Source: Phoronis australis (lineage: Eukaryota; Animalia; Phoronida). Taken from it: DNA of 64,000 bases. The stretch spans positions 469,696 through 533,695 of the forward strand of contig NMRA01000034.1 of assembly GCA_002633005.1 (NCBI GenBank). Reading direction: 5' to 3'. Below the pieces are notes generated by a model. It ran no database searches. It worked only from the letters and a program-made list of their open reading frames with translations, and was not told the DNA's origin. A program made the position numbers and the translations under genes. Below are positions 1-14,400 of the stretch, in pieces. Positions within the stretch are counted from its first letter, which is position 1, and every line of letters begins with the position of its first letter.

Positions 1-442
1 AACAGAAATTCAAACAACACTTTCTTTTGTTTACCCAGGCAGCATTGTATTGGTCTCATGGTTGGGTATTCAAAATATTAAACGTGTGCCCAGCTATGAC
101 AATTCTTTTTGTTTTGATTTAAATTAGTCTTAGTTTCAATTACTACATCTCGGCGCATTTAAAACTCTTCAATGAATTCTCCACCGCAACTTTTCACCCA
201 TTTGGTTTTGCTCATTTTCCTACTGTTTTCTTTTCGATTCGTTTGTCTGTTGTGCGTGTTGTTGAACCTCTCGCTCTTATGAAAATTAAGAATTTGCAAA
301 AATCTAAGTTGTTCCAAATGCAACCGATGGGTTTTTTCAATGTCCGAGTATAGTGCATCTACTTGAGACACTCGATATACATGGCACGTCAGTGCGTTCT
401 ATTTGCTACGTATTAATTTCGTTTCATTTTCTCACACAACAG

Positions 443-2478
443 TTGATAGGCCTCGGTACTCAATTGAAATCTCAGCTCCTGAAGATCCCGCCTGCGAAAG
501 ATAACTTGATGGAATTACAAGCGTTTTTCGAGAAACTACCCTTGAAGGACTTCGATGAGGTTATGCGCTGTCTTGATTATACGGTACGCATGGGCAAGCG
601 CTGAACAAGAAATTTCAGTTTTACGGGTTCGTATACATGTATGCGAGGCCATATTGTCACCATTTTATCCGTGCGTCCGGTTTGTGGGCGTTTGGTTGTC
701 CTCGCAATACTTCAAAACCTCCGTTATTTTGAGGGGATGAGCTACATAGAGAATTTGCCTGTCTGTTATGCTTAATAGAAATGCAAGAGATGGCTATAAG
801 TGAACGCTCACTGTCGCTTTCAGTACTGCGACATTGGAGGTGAAGATGATGGTCTGACAACAGATATTCGGCGAAGCTCTCCTCCATAAACGACATTGTA
901 AACAATTGTAGGCTAATAGTAGTGGATCTGAATCTTTATATCGAGGACAGCCTTTGGGATCGCTACTGCAAGCCAATATATTCAAATGTGACTGTGGAAA
1001 AACAAACGTTCACAGGCAACATACATTGAGTCTCATTGAGTCTCCAGTGGAAACATGGGGAGACGATTAGTGTTCCATGTCATCAGTTACCCTATCTGCC
1101 AATGTTATTACAGGTAATCTAGACAACCGATTGACAGATTTTAATGAAACTTGATACAGAAGCCTCTGTCGGTTTTCAGGCGAATTCGATAATTACAGCA
1201 CCGCCGGTAACCATTTTCTTGTTTTCTGTTGTTGTCAGAATGACTCAACACGTCGATTTTCGCACAGCTTTGACTATTCTAGTACCTCTCTTTGGCCATT
1301 ATTATTTTCGACAAGATATTCCTTGTCAAACGAGCTTCCGGATGGTATCTAGAGAACCTATGCACAAATCTTTTTGAAACCTGACACACACATGGGATGC
1401 CCGCACCACTCAATCTGTGGGTTGTTTTGACTACCCTACCTCCTGTAGTCGCCATTTTACTTTGTGACATCATATTACTTTGCCAAAAGCGTTCACAGGT
1501 GGTTTCTGGAGAATGAACTGACGGATAGGGATAAAACTTTGACATAGAGTTATGTATACAGTGAAAGTGCGCTAGCGACAGTCGATGTACGGTTGATAAC
1601 GTTTTGGTCAAATGATCTTAAGTTATGTTATTGTACCTTATGAGGCTAATAGCTACTCTTGAAGCGTACAGCTTACGATGCACCGTGAGCGCACCACTTT
1701 CCGATGCTCTTGTTAATTTTGCTGTGGTAGCATTGTCTTAATCTCATCAGAGGACACTTTCATGACTAAACTCGATTTCGTTGACGGGAAGTTCCAAATA
1801 AGATTGATTTCTTTCCCCTTGTTCTTTATCGTCCAGGCAACTGAAATGGACTGCCATCAGATCTTGAAGCCACCAAACGCAGTGTGCTACGATTGTTAAA
1901 AGAACGTTCCCATATAAGGCGTTACTTCGTAAAAACTTAAAATTGCAAAAGTCAATTTTGGTAATCACAAAACACCCAATCATTTTATACGTCCCCACTG
2001 AGGCCTAACATAGTTTGAAGTGAAATCTTTAATTAAATGTTTAATGTTTAACTAATTTAAATTATAGTCTTAATAAAAATATTTTGTATTCACTGTGACT
2101 GTTATTCCAAATGCCTAAATCCAATTTATCTTTTTTCTACAAATAACACGTTTGTGTTAACGAGGGGCTGCTTCCGAACTGTACTGACAAAAAACAAATA
2201 ATAATAATTCTTACCATAATGAGAGTGTCAGGTTTTGTTGAACACACCGTTCCATTTGTTTTTAACGGCCTTAACAAGAAACTTGACTGACAAGATACTC
2301 CAAATGAGAGTGTATGCAAGACTGACGTTTTCAGGCAAGATCCTGGGAAACCTTCTTCGACGCCAAAGCAATGGAGAACAACGCCATATTGGGAAAAGGA
2401 CTTGACTCTCCCGTCTGCATGGATATCCTTAACCTTGGATTAAGAAATCGCTATTACTCACTTTTCAAATCTGCTCAG
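443..2478 (+). CDS. Last two (helical) exons of module 1 of the multi-MACPF-like gene
   Basis: Exon 2335-2478 (ARSWETFFDAKAMENNAILGKGLDSPVCMDILNLGLRNRYYSLFKSAQ) aligns without gaps to exon 13373-13516 (ATTGKELFPEEKMKTNPLLTSNFQSRRCLDALNGNLLKKFNKLKQEIE), 12/48 identical including the C-x-D-x-L-N motif. Exon 443-583 resembles exon 12190-12339 more weakly. Confidence 0.7.
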
Positions 2479-5400
2479 GTATGCTTTCAGTTAATGATTT
2501 TTCATGTGCATTTTACTCATGTTAATGATAAATATTCACCAGTTGACCGTTTCCTGGCGCAAAATAGTGAGAGGAACAACAAGCAATAGCCTTGAAACCA
2601 AACAAAAGGGGGCACACGTAGTGGTAATCCGCGATACGTGCAAGGAGCTTCGTTGCTGATTTCTGTGAATAAGAGTGCATCTCTCTACACAATCTGGTTT
2701 CTTCTTGGCGTTGCATGAAATGCTTGTTCTCGGTTTCACAGCAAATGTCGTCTGTTAATCATGCCTGTAGCCAGCTATTGCTGCGAGTAGAAAGAGCATT
2801 GTAATTAGCGGACCATTTGCATTGCTTTTTACTTCTTTCCTGCAACGTCATTATACCGGTTAACAAATCCGAGATCCTGGAATGGAAATATTGAATTTTC
2901 TTCCAGAATTCAACATTCCATGCTCGCCGTCATTTCACTTGAATAGCAACCGTTTTGCAAGTCTGCACTGCCAGAATTGTCCGGTAGTAAGCCCTAAGGC
3001 ACATATTCATTAGAAAATGGCCTACTTTTTTGGTACCTCGGGTGGGAAATAAGCATGCCCTACTTCTTGAAATAAATGTACATGTAGGGCCAGCTTCGTC
3101 TGCATGGAATGAGGACCAACACCAGAAGATAGGAGAGTTTATAGTATAAATGAGGCTGTCAGTTTGTTTTTTTCTAGATAAACCAAAAACGTAATCAGAT
3201 AAATTTTGCCGTTTTCATAAAGTCATTCTGTGGCTTTGTGCATAATGGAAACCCCAATAAACTGTAGAAATGTTTTAATGTGTCCTGCATTTGGAGATCT
3301 GTATGGGGAAATTCCCGGGAGTACAAGGTTTCGACCTCACTCGTGAAGGACGGGGCCTGTCTTTCACTTGTGTGATTTTGGGTGGTCGCATTAAAATTGC
3401 TCTATGGAACGCAGATAATTTGAATTTTTTCCAATAACATGGCCAACATCCTCACATCATTTCTACTCATGTATTTTCAGGCAAAATTGCGAAGTCTTAC
3501 GCCAGAAGAGTTGAAGACTTTGACACCAGACGTGCTGCCAACTCTCCCGCCAGAAGCGTTAAAAAAGCTATTACCAGAGACACTGATAAGTCTTTCGTCA
3601 GATGTTCTCAAGAAATTCCCATTGTCTGTTTTCCAAAGTTTCACACCGGAGGTGTTAAACAAGCTTCCGACGGATGTTCTGCAATCCCTTCCAGATGACT
3701 TGCTTAAGAGTCAGCCTGCAAATTCGCCAACGTCAACGCCATCAGCCACTACTTCGTCTCCGGGCGTTTCAAATACGCTTGCGAGTCAGCCAGCAAATCC
3801 GCCAACGTCTGCGGAATCAGCTGCTACTCCGCCTCCTGGCGTTTCAAACGCGCTTGAGAGTCAGCCAGCAAATCCGCCAATGTCAGCGTCATCGGCCACA
3901 ACTCCGCCTTCGGGCGTATCAAGTGCGCTTGCGACTCAGCAGGCAAATCCACCAACGTCTGCGCCATCAGCTGCTACTCCGCCTCCTGGCGTTTCAAACG
4001 CGCTTGAGAGTCAGCCAGCAAATCCGCCAACGTCTGCGCAATCAGCCGCTACTCCGCCTCCTGGCGTTTCAAACGCACTTGAGAGTCAGCCAGCAAATCC
4101 GCCAATGTCAGCGTCATCGGCCACAACTCCGCCTTTGGGCGTATCAAATGCGCTTGCGACTCAGCAGGCAAATCCACCAACGTCTGCGCCATCAGCCGCT
4201 ACTCCGTCTCCTGGCGTTTCAAATGCGCTTGCGACTCAGCCGGCAAATCAGCCAGTGTCAGCGCCATCAGCCAGTACACCGCCTTCGGGCATATCAAATG
4301 CGCTTGCGAGTCATCCGGCCAATCCGCCAGCGGCAGCGACATCTGCCATTCCTCTGCCTTCGGGCTTAGTAAATGACCTTGCAAATCAGCAGGCAAATCT
4401 GCCAACGTCAACGCCATCAGCCATTGGTCTGCCTCCGGGTGTAGTAAATGCACTTGCACTAGGAAATACCAGTATTACTGCAGCAAAAACAAATCAAGCA
4501 CTAACAGTTCCTTTCACGACTGGAATGAAAGTAGGATTGCTGTATGACGCGTTCACTTCTGCTGTGGTACAGGATGCGATGTCGAGCAGTATTGGAAGTC
4601 CCACTAATAAAATCGAGAAAGAAACCAACACCTTTCAGGTAAGATACAATCGCCATTCTTAAAAGGAAACGTTGCCCTTTTTAGGTATATTGTATTCATA
4701 ATTATAAATGTTTCGAATCCCTTAAAGGAATTAGTAAAAATAATTATTCAAACTCGAAATGTGAGTTGATCCGAAAGTGTTAGCTAGTGTTCTCTCGGTT
4801 CCCCGTTAGGGTGTGTCAGCTTTGCATGACCAAGACCCAAGCTTATTTAGTCTTTTCTCCAGTACATAATACGTGAGTAGGTCCTAATGATACCACTGTG
4901 AAACATTGAGGTAATACTGAAAACAACTAGTGCGACTCAGCCGATCAGACACACTGTGTGTGTACTGTATGACTTGCTTACAGCGTCACGGCTTCCGGTT
5001 CGAATTTATATATATTGTTTTTATAGAAATCGACTATGAAAGTTCAAAATATCCTTTAGAGTAGGTGGCATATGCTAACTTTGCCAAAAATGACTTCATG
5101 CGACTGTGACGATTTTTTCGAAAAAAATGTGGATAAGACTTCAACGGAAATAAAATGGAATATAGTCAAAATTGGTAACATCTTTTTTAATCAAGTTGTA
5201 CTTAATCGGTTGAAAATTACACGATGGAATTTTCTCTGACTCAGTCTTTGTAACGAACAACAGACAGGGTCCCTGTGACAGAAGCTGTCCTGTTTTCACA
5301 GGAGGATTGTTTCGCGAACGTTCACACTGCATTCTCAGGCATTGAGCAGTGTTGTGTTATAAAGTACTTAAAACCGCCATTTACTTTTATAATGGGCCAA

Positions 5401-8400
5401 AGGCTTCAAAAACCTTGCACAAGGTCTATTGAAAGTGATTCCAAAGTCCATTTTTCCACCTTCTACAACTACCGGAAGTGCAGCTGCCGCTACTTGAAAA
5501 AAAGCAAAAATATACCGAATCGGTAGTTTTCACCCCAAAGCCACCATTTGCAATTACTAAGAACTGAGAGACAGTGCATTCAGATTGCCAAAACTCTCCA
5601 GATTCCAGAAATAAGGTGAAAAGTGGGTGTCGACCAGCCAGATTTTTCGACAATCCAAAGAGTCTAAAGGGTACCTGAATTTCCTGCTAAATGTCAACTT
5701 CCCGCTTGCAAGCAGTAAAGGTCTAAGAAAAGCCAGGACCGAGCAAGAGGTGAGCCAAGGGATCAACAACTGACAATCTTTCACTCAGAACAGCTTCAAA
5801 AATCGAGCAAATGTCATTTGTAGCCTTCACGTGCAGCACAGAACTTGAAAAACCCAGCCAACCCAGCAGGCGCCAATTTTTAATGAAATTGGGGCATGCA
5901 AACTGAACCGTCGCTCAAAAAACTATTAAGTGCCACCTTAGGCCATAGTCGCCTGCTAGATTGGCTGTGTATTTTGAGATTTACTGCAAGTGTGTTGGCT
6001 ACGAATGGAATGTGTTTGTTTTTTGAACTTGTTTAGGAAAATATCCTGTTTGTTGCGCCTTGACCTCTTTTTCTCGCAACAGTGGCTGTTCGCAAACATT
6101 CTACCACTTCCTGTTGGCAAGGCTGGAAATTCAGGTACCCTCAAACTTTACATGTTAGATTTTTAGACTGTAGGCAAGCTTTGTACATGTTCAGTACCTG
6201 AAAATGTTTCATGTTTTGTGTTTTTTGTTGTAGAAAATAAATCAACTGCATTCCCTAAGCTCACCCTGCCTGCGGTAGCAGATATGAGGAAAAACTGTTG
6301 AATGCCCCCTTACGACGCACATCCTGTGATATAGTTGTAGCACCATTTACAGACATAACCAGTCATAACAAGCAGCAGTGCACCTTGCTTGTTTTGCAGC
6401 ACGTAAAGTCTTTAACTGAGGCAAGAAAATTCCTCAAGATTCCAGCCCGCCAGTCACTGATTGCTGTAAAGAATGATCAGTCGGAAGAACAAGGGCCCTT
6501 TGAAAACTACATTGACACCTCAAAACAACTTGAGGACAACTCAGAAATATTAGAACTCTTTCTGTACGATGGGGTAAGTATCCCACAGTAAAGGTGACAA
6601 ACACGTTTGGGTGATGCAAAATAAGTAGTTTCATTTCAAACTTCCAACCAAATTTTCAAGCGTGGTCACAGCATATTCCTTTTATTTTCTGTCATTTGCT
6701 AAACGTAATCACAGTCTAATGACACCAAGTATCTTGTACCTGGTGGGTTTTTTTTGAAATTCTGTAATCTAAAATCCTTTCTGCTTTCAAACTACGACAC
6801 TTCAACTTTTTCCTTGCAGTTTATATTCACCTTACCACCAAAATGGGTAATATCAAGAGCCCTCTTTCGGATATTCTCAGACTGACGGTCATGAAGGAGT
6901 CACAGTTGAATCATTTTTTAGATGCTTATTGCCATTCTTGGATGGTACTATATCTGAATTGGCAATGGCAGCCTAGTCAGGGCTCGACATAACGAGCTGC
7001 AGGTCGCATCTGCGACCTGAAAGTTGGAAATGCGAGCTGAAAGTTTTGTCAGCTCGTATCCAGTCGCAAAATGCGACTTAGAATATCCGACGTACACGTA
7101 TGCGAGCTGAGTTTTTACACTTCTCGGCAGATACCTGGCAAATATAAAGCAACTCTTGTGAATCCAACCGTATTGGTTGCTTCCAAATCAAGTTCACAAG
7201 AACACTAACAGAGAACAGCCCTCCCGATAACTTGTAAGTATGTTGCGTGAACATGGGATAATGCAGAATCGATCTTTGAAGCGTTTCATTGGCTAACCTT
7301 TTCGGGTACTTTTTCAAAGTTTCGGATTCGCCGCAGAAAGTTTCGGGACACGGCATAACACGTGTTAAAATGTCACAAAACAGCGGTGTTTCTACTAATT
7401 CTTAAGCTATCAACTTACTGAAGTTTGTAGTGGAAAAACATGTCTATTTTTCGCGTAAGATATCCATATAACATGTACCAAATATCCTAGACAATACACC
7501 TGATATCGCACTGCGGCACTGGTCGGTCTCGTTGTTATCACGCAATCCATCCCGGCAGACAATCGTGACTTAGAAATGTGCGTCTCGTTTTTTATCGTAT
7601 AAGACAGCAAAAGTGGAAATGACAACCCTATCAATCGCCAAACAACGTCTTTACTTTCAGCAAAGTAGTTTTTGAGTTGTCAAGAAATTTTCAGACCCCT
7701 TTACTTGTTTCTGGGACTACGTGCGCGAAATATGATTTTTCTTTCACACGTTGTTGCCAGCGTAAAGTGGAGGCCTACTCCAGTGATTCAAGTGCGTGAA
7801 CTCACGTGTGCGCACCACTATCAAAGCTGCACATCAAACGAGAACAGCCACAGTCTTAAATGAAAGAGTATACCGGCATTTTTGGCTCTGTTAAGCATTC
7901 GAGTGCCAATGGTTTATTTGAAAATGAACTTAATAGATCCCCGGCTGTTATAAAAGACCCTATGCTTTACGATATTTTCCGGCACCGATAAAACCCAGAA
8001 CTGATATTTTCCTGTTCCGATGTTTCCCGGGGTCGATGTCAGGGGCGTATCCAGGAATTGAGTTGGGGGGGACCAGGGCAGAGTATTGGCCAGGATTTTG
8101 CCTGTCAGACAATCGCACCCTGGAACTGACAAATGGAATCTTGGAGAATTTTTGGGGCCATGGCCCACTTGGCCCCCTCTAAATCCGCCACTGGATGTTC
8201 CATAAACCCGATATTCTATTCCCGTAGCCAGCTATTGCAACTGAACGAGTAGATGCGAAATTGTGGTAAGCGAACTGTTTATTCTTCTCTTTACATATCC
8301 CCGAGCAGTTTTTCGCTCCCCGGGCGTAAAACGTTCAGACTCCAATAGACACAATCTTGTTCCGGCTGAAGCGGGCAATTAAAAACAAAATTATTCTGGG

Positions 8401-11400
8401 TGGCTAAAAAGGGCACAGTTTAGGTGGTAATGATACCCAGAAAATCACCCCTACTGCATGGATTGTGCCTCGCAAAATCATATTATAATAACGTTTCTTA
8501 CCATTGCAGTCTTCCAATATCTCATTACCGCAAACACTCGTGTTAACGACTATGCTCACGCATAAGCCTACTTCCTACTTTTGAGGTGTTTCATGATAAG
8601 CGTTCACTGCTCTACTAAGCGTTACCCCTCAACTTTCAAGAATTTTCAATTAAGCGACCCCAGTTCAGACTATCGCCCATCATAGCGCACTGCAAACGAC
8701 CGCACGTGGTTAGAAATTGACACGCAGTCTAATAAGCGGCCAGGGCGCTTATAAAAATCCGCTTCAGGAAGGGGGGGCGCTTATTATAGCCCAAAAGTGG
8801 TTGAAACCCGGTCTCCGAAACAGGTGAAATTGCATGCGTGCACCCAGCCTTCGATATGGGGGGCTCGAATTCCTGACGTTGTGGACCATTTGCTAACGCC
8901 ACAGACCTTGAAATCCAGCGAAACACTTCTATCTTACAAACCTGACAATCCCTAATCTCAGAAAATTTGAGCACCCGGCAAAAGATACTAATGGTGAAAT
9001 TCCGGTGATGATAATCACCCACTTTGTTTATTTACTTCAGCTACACAATTTGAAATAGTTGGTAAAATGAAGCCCATTCGAGTAAGCACCATGTGGGTCC
9101 CAATGCCAATGATAGAACCCAACAAGTCAAATCAAGGTGGGGCATAAATAAGGAAATTTACTGTATCAACAGATTGGCCAAATAAGAATAAGATACAAAG
9201 TGTTGCTACAGTGCACGATAATTGGTCTATTGTTTTCCCGCCATAAATGCATGAACCAATCAGATCACCAATGGCGCAAAGTTTTCGAAAACAGCTCGAT
9301 TCTTAGGAAGTCCTGTTACTGCTCTATTTATTTTCAAAACTTTATTGTGTTACATTTAATTTATTTTCTATTCTGCTCAATGAAGCCACTTAATATGAAT
9401 GCATTCAACATAATTAATGCATTGTAAAAACCAAAAGTTATGCTCTATCAACAATAGACAAAATCAGTACACCCCTTTCTTAAAAAATGGGTTAAAAGTT
9501 AGAAACAAAGGACACAAGTTTCCATCACTTGTAATGTCGATTTTCGACATTGATGTTGAGGAGGAACATCAGTCTGGCGACAGCAACATTACACGGAATC
9601 GTACGAAGGCGATGATTTTCGAAATTTGATTCGTTTTTGTTGTATGTCTTATTTTCCCTACGGTTCAGGGTTACTTCTGAATCCAAGAACAAGAACTGAA
9701 AGAGGCAGGGTTCGTGATAACGTTGGAGAACGGTAACATTTATATAAGGTGTTACAACTGTCATCGATATTGTCATCTCCTCTGTTTTCATCCAACCTTC
9801 CCTGATGCAAACTTGAATGAAGAGGACCTTCAGTACTTGAGTGAGCACGGTATACTGTGTGATTTATGTTGAATTATTCAACGGTTATTTTAAGAACCAT
9901 TTCACGCTATACCTAAGGCTCATGCATACTACAACCAACGGCCCTTTTAAGGGCCACTCAACTCTTCCCAGAAGAACTGCTCACTTGAGAATGTTGAATT
10001 ATAAACATGCAAAGGTTAAACTAGTCAAATCGTTGCAGAGGCGCATTTTTTAATTCGAACAAAATTAATATTTTTCTAAACCAAAAACGTTATATAAGTA
10101 TCTTTTGCATTCACAGGTACTCCTTGGAATTTGTGCACAAGCAAGCTTTCGTAGTTTTCTCAGTAGGCCTATGTGAACCATAAATCACAAACTGTCCGAT
10201 AACTATGCTGCTATGCTATTGGGCAAGCAGACGACATATTCAGCGGGCACCGAAGTTTGAATTTTGTAGCATTGGCAAAAGTACTCACGATACCAACACT
10301 TCTACTATTGAAAGACTTTGAACAGCATTTCAATGCCGAAATTAATATTTTTTCGTAGTACTGGACAGTAAAGTAGATGCGCGAATTTCCCGTCAAAATA
10401 CACTTACCAGAAACTGCACCAGAAAATTTAGGAGAGTGGCGGCGCCTCTTGGCTAGCACGGAAGAAAATGTCGGAGTTGCGAATCTGTTGTCTATACCGA
10501 TAATCTATGCTGGCATTTATGAATGCGAGCTGGGATGTTGGCTAGGTCGCAAAATGCGACCTGCCGATTTTAATAGCGTCGAACCCTGACTAGTGCATGT
10601 AAGCAATTCTTTGGGGTTTTTGGCATATTTGACCGACTCATGCGGACCTCAAATTTTTCAAGATTTTCAATTGGGCTTTTTACAGTGAAATCTTGACAAT
10701 TTCCGTACTTTGAATGCGTCACATAGGTTGATTCTTTTCATTTACGACAATTCTCAGCTTATTGAAGTTTTTGTCTTCTGTGTAGGAGAGCGCAGGGTTG
10801 TTTGAAATGTGTTTATACGTTACCATTTCAGGTTGAGCACACGCTGTCGAAGAATTACACTCTTCCCAGTGGCTGGCAGCAAAAACTCAATGGAGACGTG
10901 GTGCCAACCCATTACATCAAAAACATCGTCCATGGCGGATTCATTCTGTGTGCCCACAAATTTGTCACGACAAATGACGCCATTTTGGATTCCGAGGCAT
11001 TCAAGAAAAGTCTCCCATTTAGTTCAATGGTTGGCAAAATTGAAATTAATTGAAATTAAATATTACGAAACAACTTTTAGTGAAACAAACACCTTACCAA
11101 CACGAATCAAAACAACATGAAAAGACTCCTTCAAAGTTTTGTTTCAGATATTTTGTTTTAAGGACTAGACATCAGTCGTTCTAAATGGTTATCACAAATA
11201 GCTATTTGTGAATGATCAAAGGTGGCTTGCAGACAGGTAACAAAAATTGCCAGTAGCCATGTCGATTAAAGCAACTTCAGCAGCAATTTTAACATGGTAG
11301 ATAGCTACAAATTGGGCTACTCGAAGTTGTTTTCCGCAGACGAGGTCAGGAAACTGTTTTTGAACACGCGAATTTAAACTGAGTAATTTCACTTTAGATA

Positions 11401-14400
11401 CTGCATGCTCGAGACCTGGTGCCATGATTTTATCCGTTCATGTAGGTCGCCGAAATTGGCTGGGACAATGCCGTGGCCAACATAAAGGATAACTTCAATG
11501 AGATTACGGGCATAGAGACGCGCTACTGGTCGTCCATCATGGGGGACGAGGGAAGAGAGGTACAGTCGGCCGACACTCTTCAGGCAACCATGGCACACTT
11601 CCCGGATGCATTACAAGGGGCGGCGTACCTGACGATACCCCTCTACGTGCAGGTAGAGCCGCTGCAGCAGTTGGACCCAACGTACACGTGCCCAGTTTTG
11701 GACGACGCTCTTGATCAACGTTTGTCTAACTTACTACAGCTTGACGACGTCGTGGGTGGTGTAAGTAAAGAATGAACAGAAAAGCTCCACAGTGTTACGC
11801 CGTCATTCAACCTACAATTCCGTTGAATCACATTTCCTGTTGCGAATTGTGTTCTGCGGTTATGATTTTTGATGTACATGCAACATTTAATACTCTGCGA
11901 GATTCATAGGTGGAAATACCTGCGGAGTATTTTACAACAAATAATCTTATACCATTTAACAAAAAAAGCAAATACGTTCTCTCTTTATGTATTCCTAAAT
12001 GCATGGCGATATTTGATATTGCCGATACTTCCTAACGGCATGAAATACGGTATTTTATCCTGTGGGTGAGCTAGTAGATTTTGTATCTAAGAGATAATTT
12101 GTATCGCTGGTAATCTTTGGTGCATGAACGACAACGTCAGGTGTAAATCAACAATTTCATGTTTTATTTGTTGTTTTATTTATTTACAGATTGTGAACAA
12201 AGTCCAAGCATATCGAAAATTTCTTTTGAACAATCCCAAAACGGTCCAATTTGCGTGGGAAGTGGAAACATTCAGTAACACTGAAACCAAACCCCTTGCC
12301 CGTGACGTCAAGGATGCGATAAGTGCAATTAACCTTAAGGTAACAGGTCCACATTTAAAGACGCCATAGTCTTCCTTATCTTGTTCTTCTCAAGGTACAA
12401 ATCAGTCCATAATTGTTAGTGATCTTCCATGCAAGAGCAGGGCAAGCATATGCATGAGGCAATTACGGAAAACATTAAAAGTGTTTGAGATTTTTGTGCG
12501 TGGAACATACGGGTGGAAAGGTGATGACGACTGAAGAGTAGAGGTAACGTTGCAACTGGAGGTGCAAATTTGGTGACGACTGACAAAATAAGGCAGTCAA
12601 AATAAGATTTTCAGGTTCCTGCTGAACGTTCACCCTAGAACGCAAATTGGAGCATCCGAATTCCAGCAAGTTAACATTCTCCACTTCTTCGAGAGCTACT
12701 TTTCTTAAACTTCACTTGATGCATACCATTATTCATGCCTCCTCTCCGCCATACTTGCTTCACATTAACTTCTCGCATATCACGTTGATACAATACTCGC
12801 AATAGTGTTGGATCACTCCACATTCCTTTTTGTAAATCTTTTGGTCAGGCTTCATTTCATTACAGAGAATCTCTAGCTTGGAATGAACTCCTCATAACTA
12901 TAAAAAATACTCAATCCTCAAATTCTTTTAAACGCCTAGTAACTACCTTTTTGTTCAATAAATTGTCAAGTGCTGAGAATGATATGTTTGCATTGAGTTT
13001 CTCTTATTTCCTTTGTCTAATCTTCATTAGTGCATTCATTTATTCATTGTTTATTTATTCATGTATATATTTATGTAATTATTTGTCATTCTATGTATTT
13101 ATGTATTTATTTACCTATTTAGTGATTGCTTTACTTATTTACTGTTGATTGTTGATTTTGTTTTTATGCTTTTCTTTATTTCTCCGTAATTTTGTGACTC
13201 TAATAAATCTATTATCATCATCTTCATCGTCATCGTCATTATCATTATTATTGTTATTATACTGAGGAGTGGAAAATATGGAGAAAATGGGGTTGTGGAA
13301 AGTTATTGGTTGCAACAAGGGTTTTAAACTCATTGGTTGCGTGTAATAGTATTCTCCATCAAATGGTTGCAGGCTACCACCGGCAAAGAACTCTTTCCCG
13401 AAGAAAAGATGAAAACCAACCCGTTGCTGACTAGCAACTTCCAATCCAGGCGCTGTCTTGATGCCCTGAACGGGAATCTACTGAAGAAGTTCAATAAACT
13501 TAAACAAGAGATTGAGGTAAATCGTTTATGACTTTTGATACATGTACGTGCAGCTGAATGAAACGAAAAATATTATCAACAATTTGGAACCATGAGGGTC
13601 GTCGGTTGCATCGTTTGGTGAACTCGTAATGTCATGGGTTAGCTCATGGCACTGATGCTGACGCAAGCTAATGTATGCTGTGAGCGCTGCATTTTTCTTC
13701 GATTTTAAGAATCAATCACGGTAGTTCCGTTTTCATTCAACTAAACCAGTACAGTGAATAGAAACAGGGGATTTCTTTACAAAATTGCCATGAAGCATTG
13801 TCCTTGTAAGTACTTGTATTAAGTTGGCACGGTGAACTTTTAACAAGAAATTAAAGATAATTCGTTTGAGTAGCCGGCAGGCTTAAAAATGCACATGGAT
13901 CTAATATGCTCTTTGTTAAACAAATATGTGCTTGGTGTTTTTGCCCCACTTCTAAAGGATCAAAAAGGTTTATACAAGGAAAACCAGCACGATTTGTGCA
14001 CCAAGCTACGCAATCCACTGGCTGACATGAGAGTATCATCGTCGCGTCTGCGTATTGCTGGCTTGCTAGACGCCAATGGCGAGCTCAAAAGTCATTAGTT
14101 GGCGCTAGTACAGCAAGGAACCTATCTATAGCGGTTAGATGCCATCGGGTTATCACGTGAATGGACGCCTACGCTGAAGAAGTTTTTTCTGCTCTCAGTC
14201 TATTCAGTACCCATTGTAACCAGTAAGTAATTTCTGAATGCAAAATTATCGCCAAAGGTTAAAATAAACAAGAATATGGAGGAAGATATCAAGGCGATCA
14301 TGGACCAAGAACCCACCGTCACTATGCCGTTCACGCCCTCGATGCAGCTGGGGTCGTTGTACAACATCTTCAATAATTCTGTCGGCAGAGGACTGATGTT

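Noticed and set aside
3674-4369. 231-aa Arg/Gln/Leu-rich overlapping ORF
   Set aside because: Alternate-frame shadow of the 75-nt coding repeat.
5063-5951. Possible TIR element (taggtggca ... tgccacctta)
   Set aside because: The match is too short and there is no clear TSD to define the ends.
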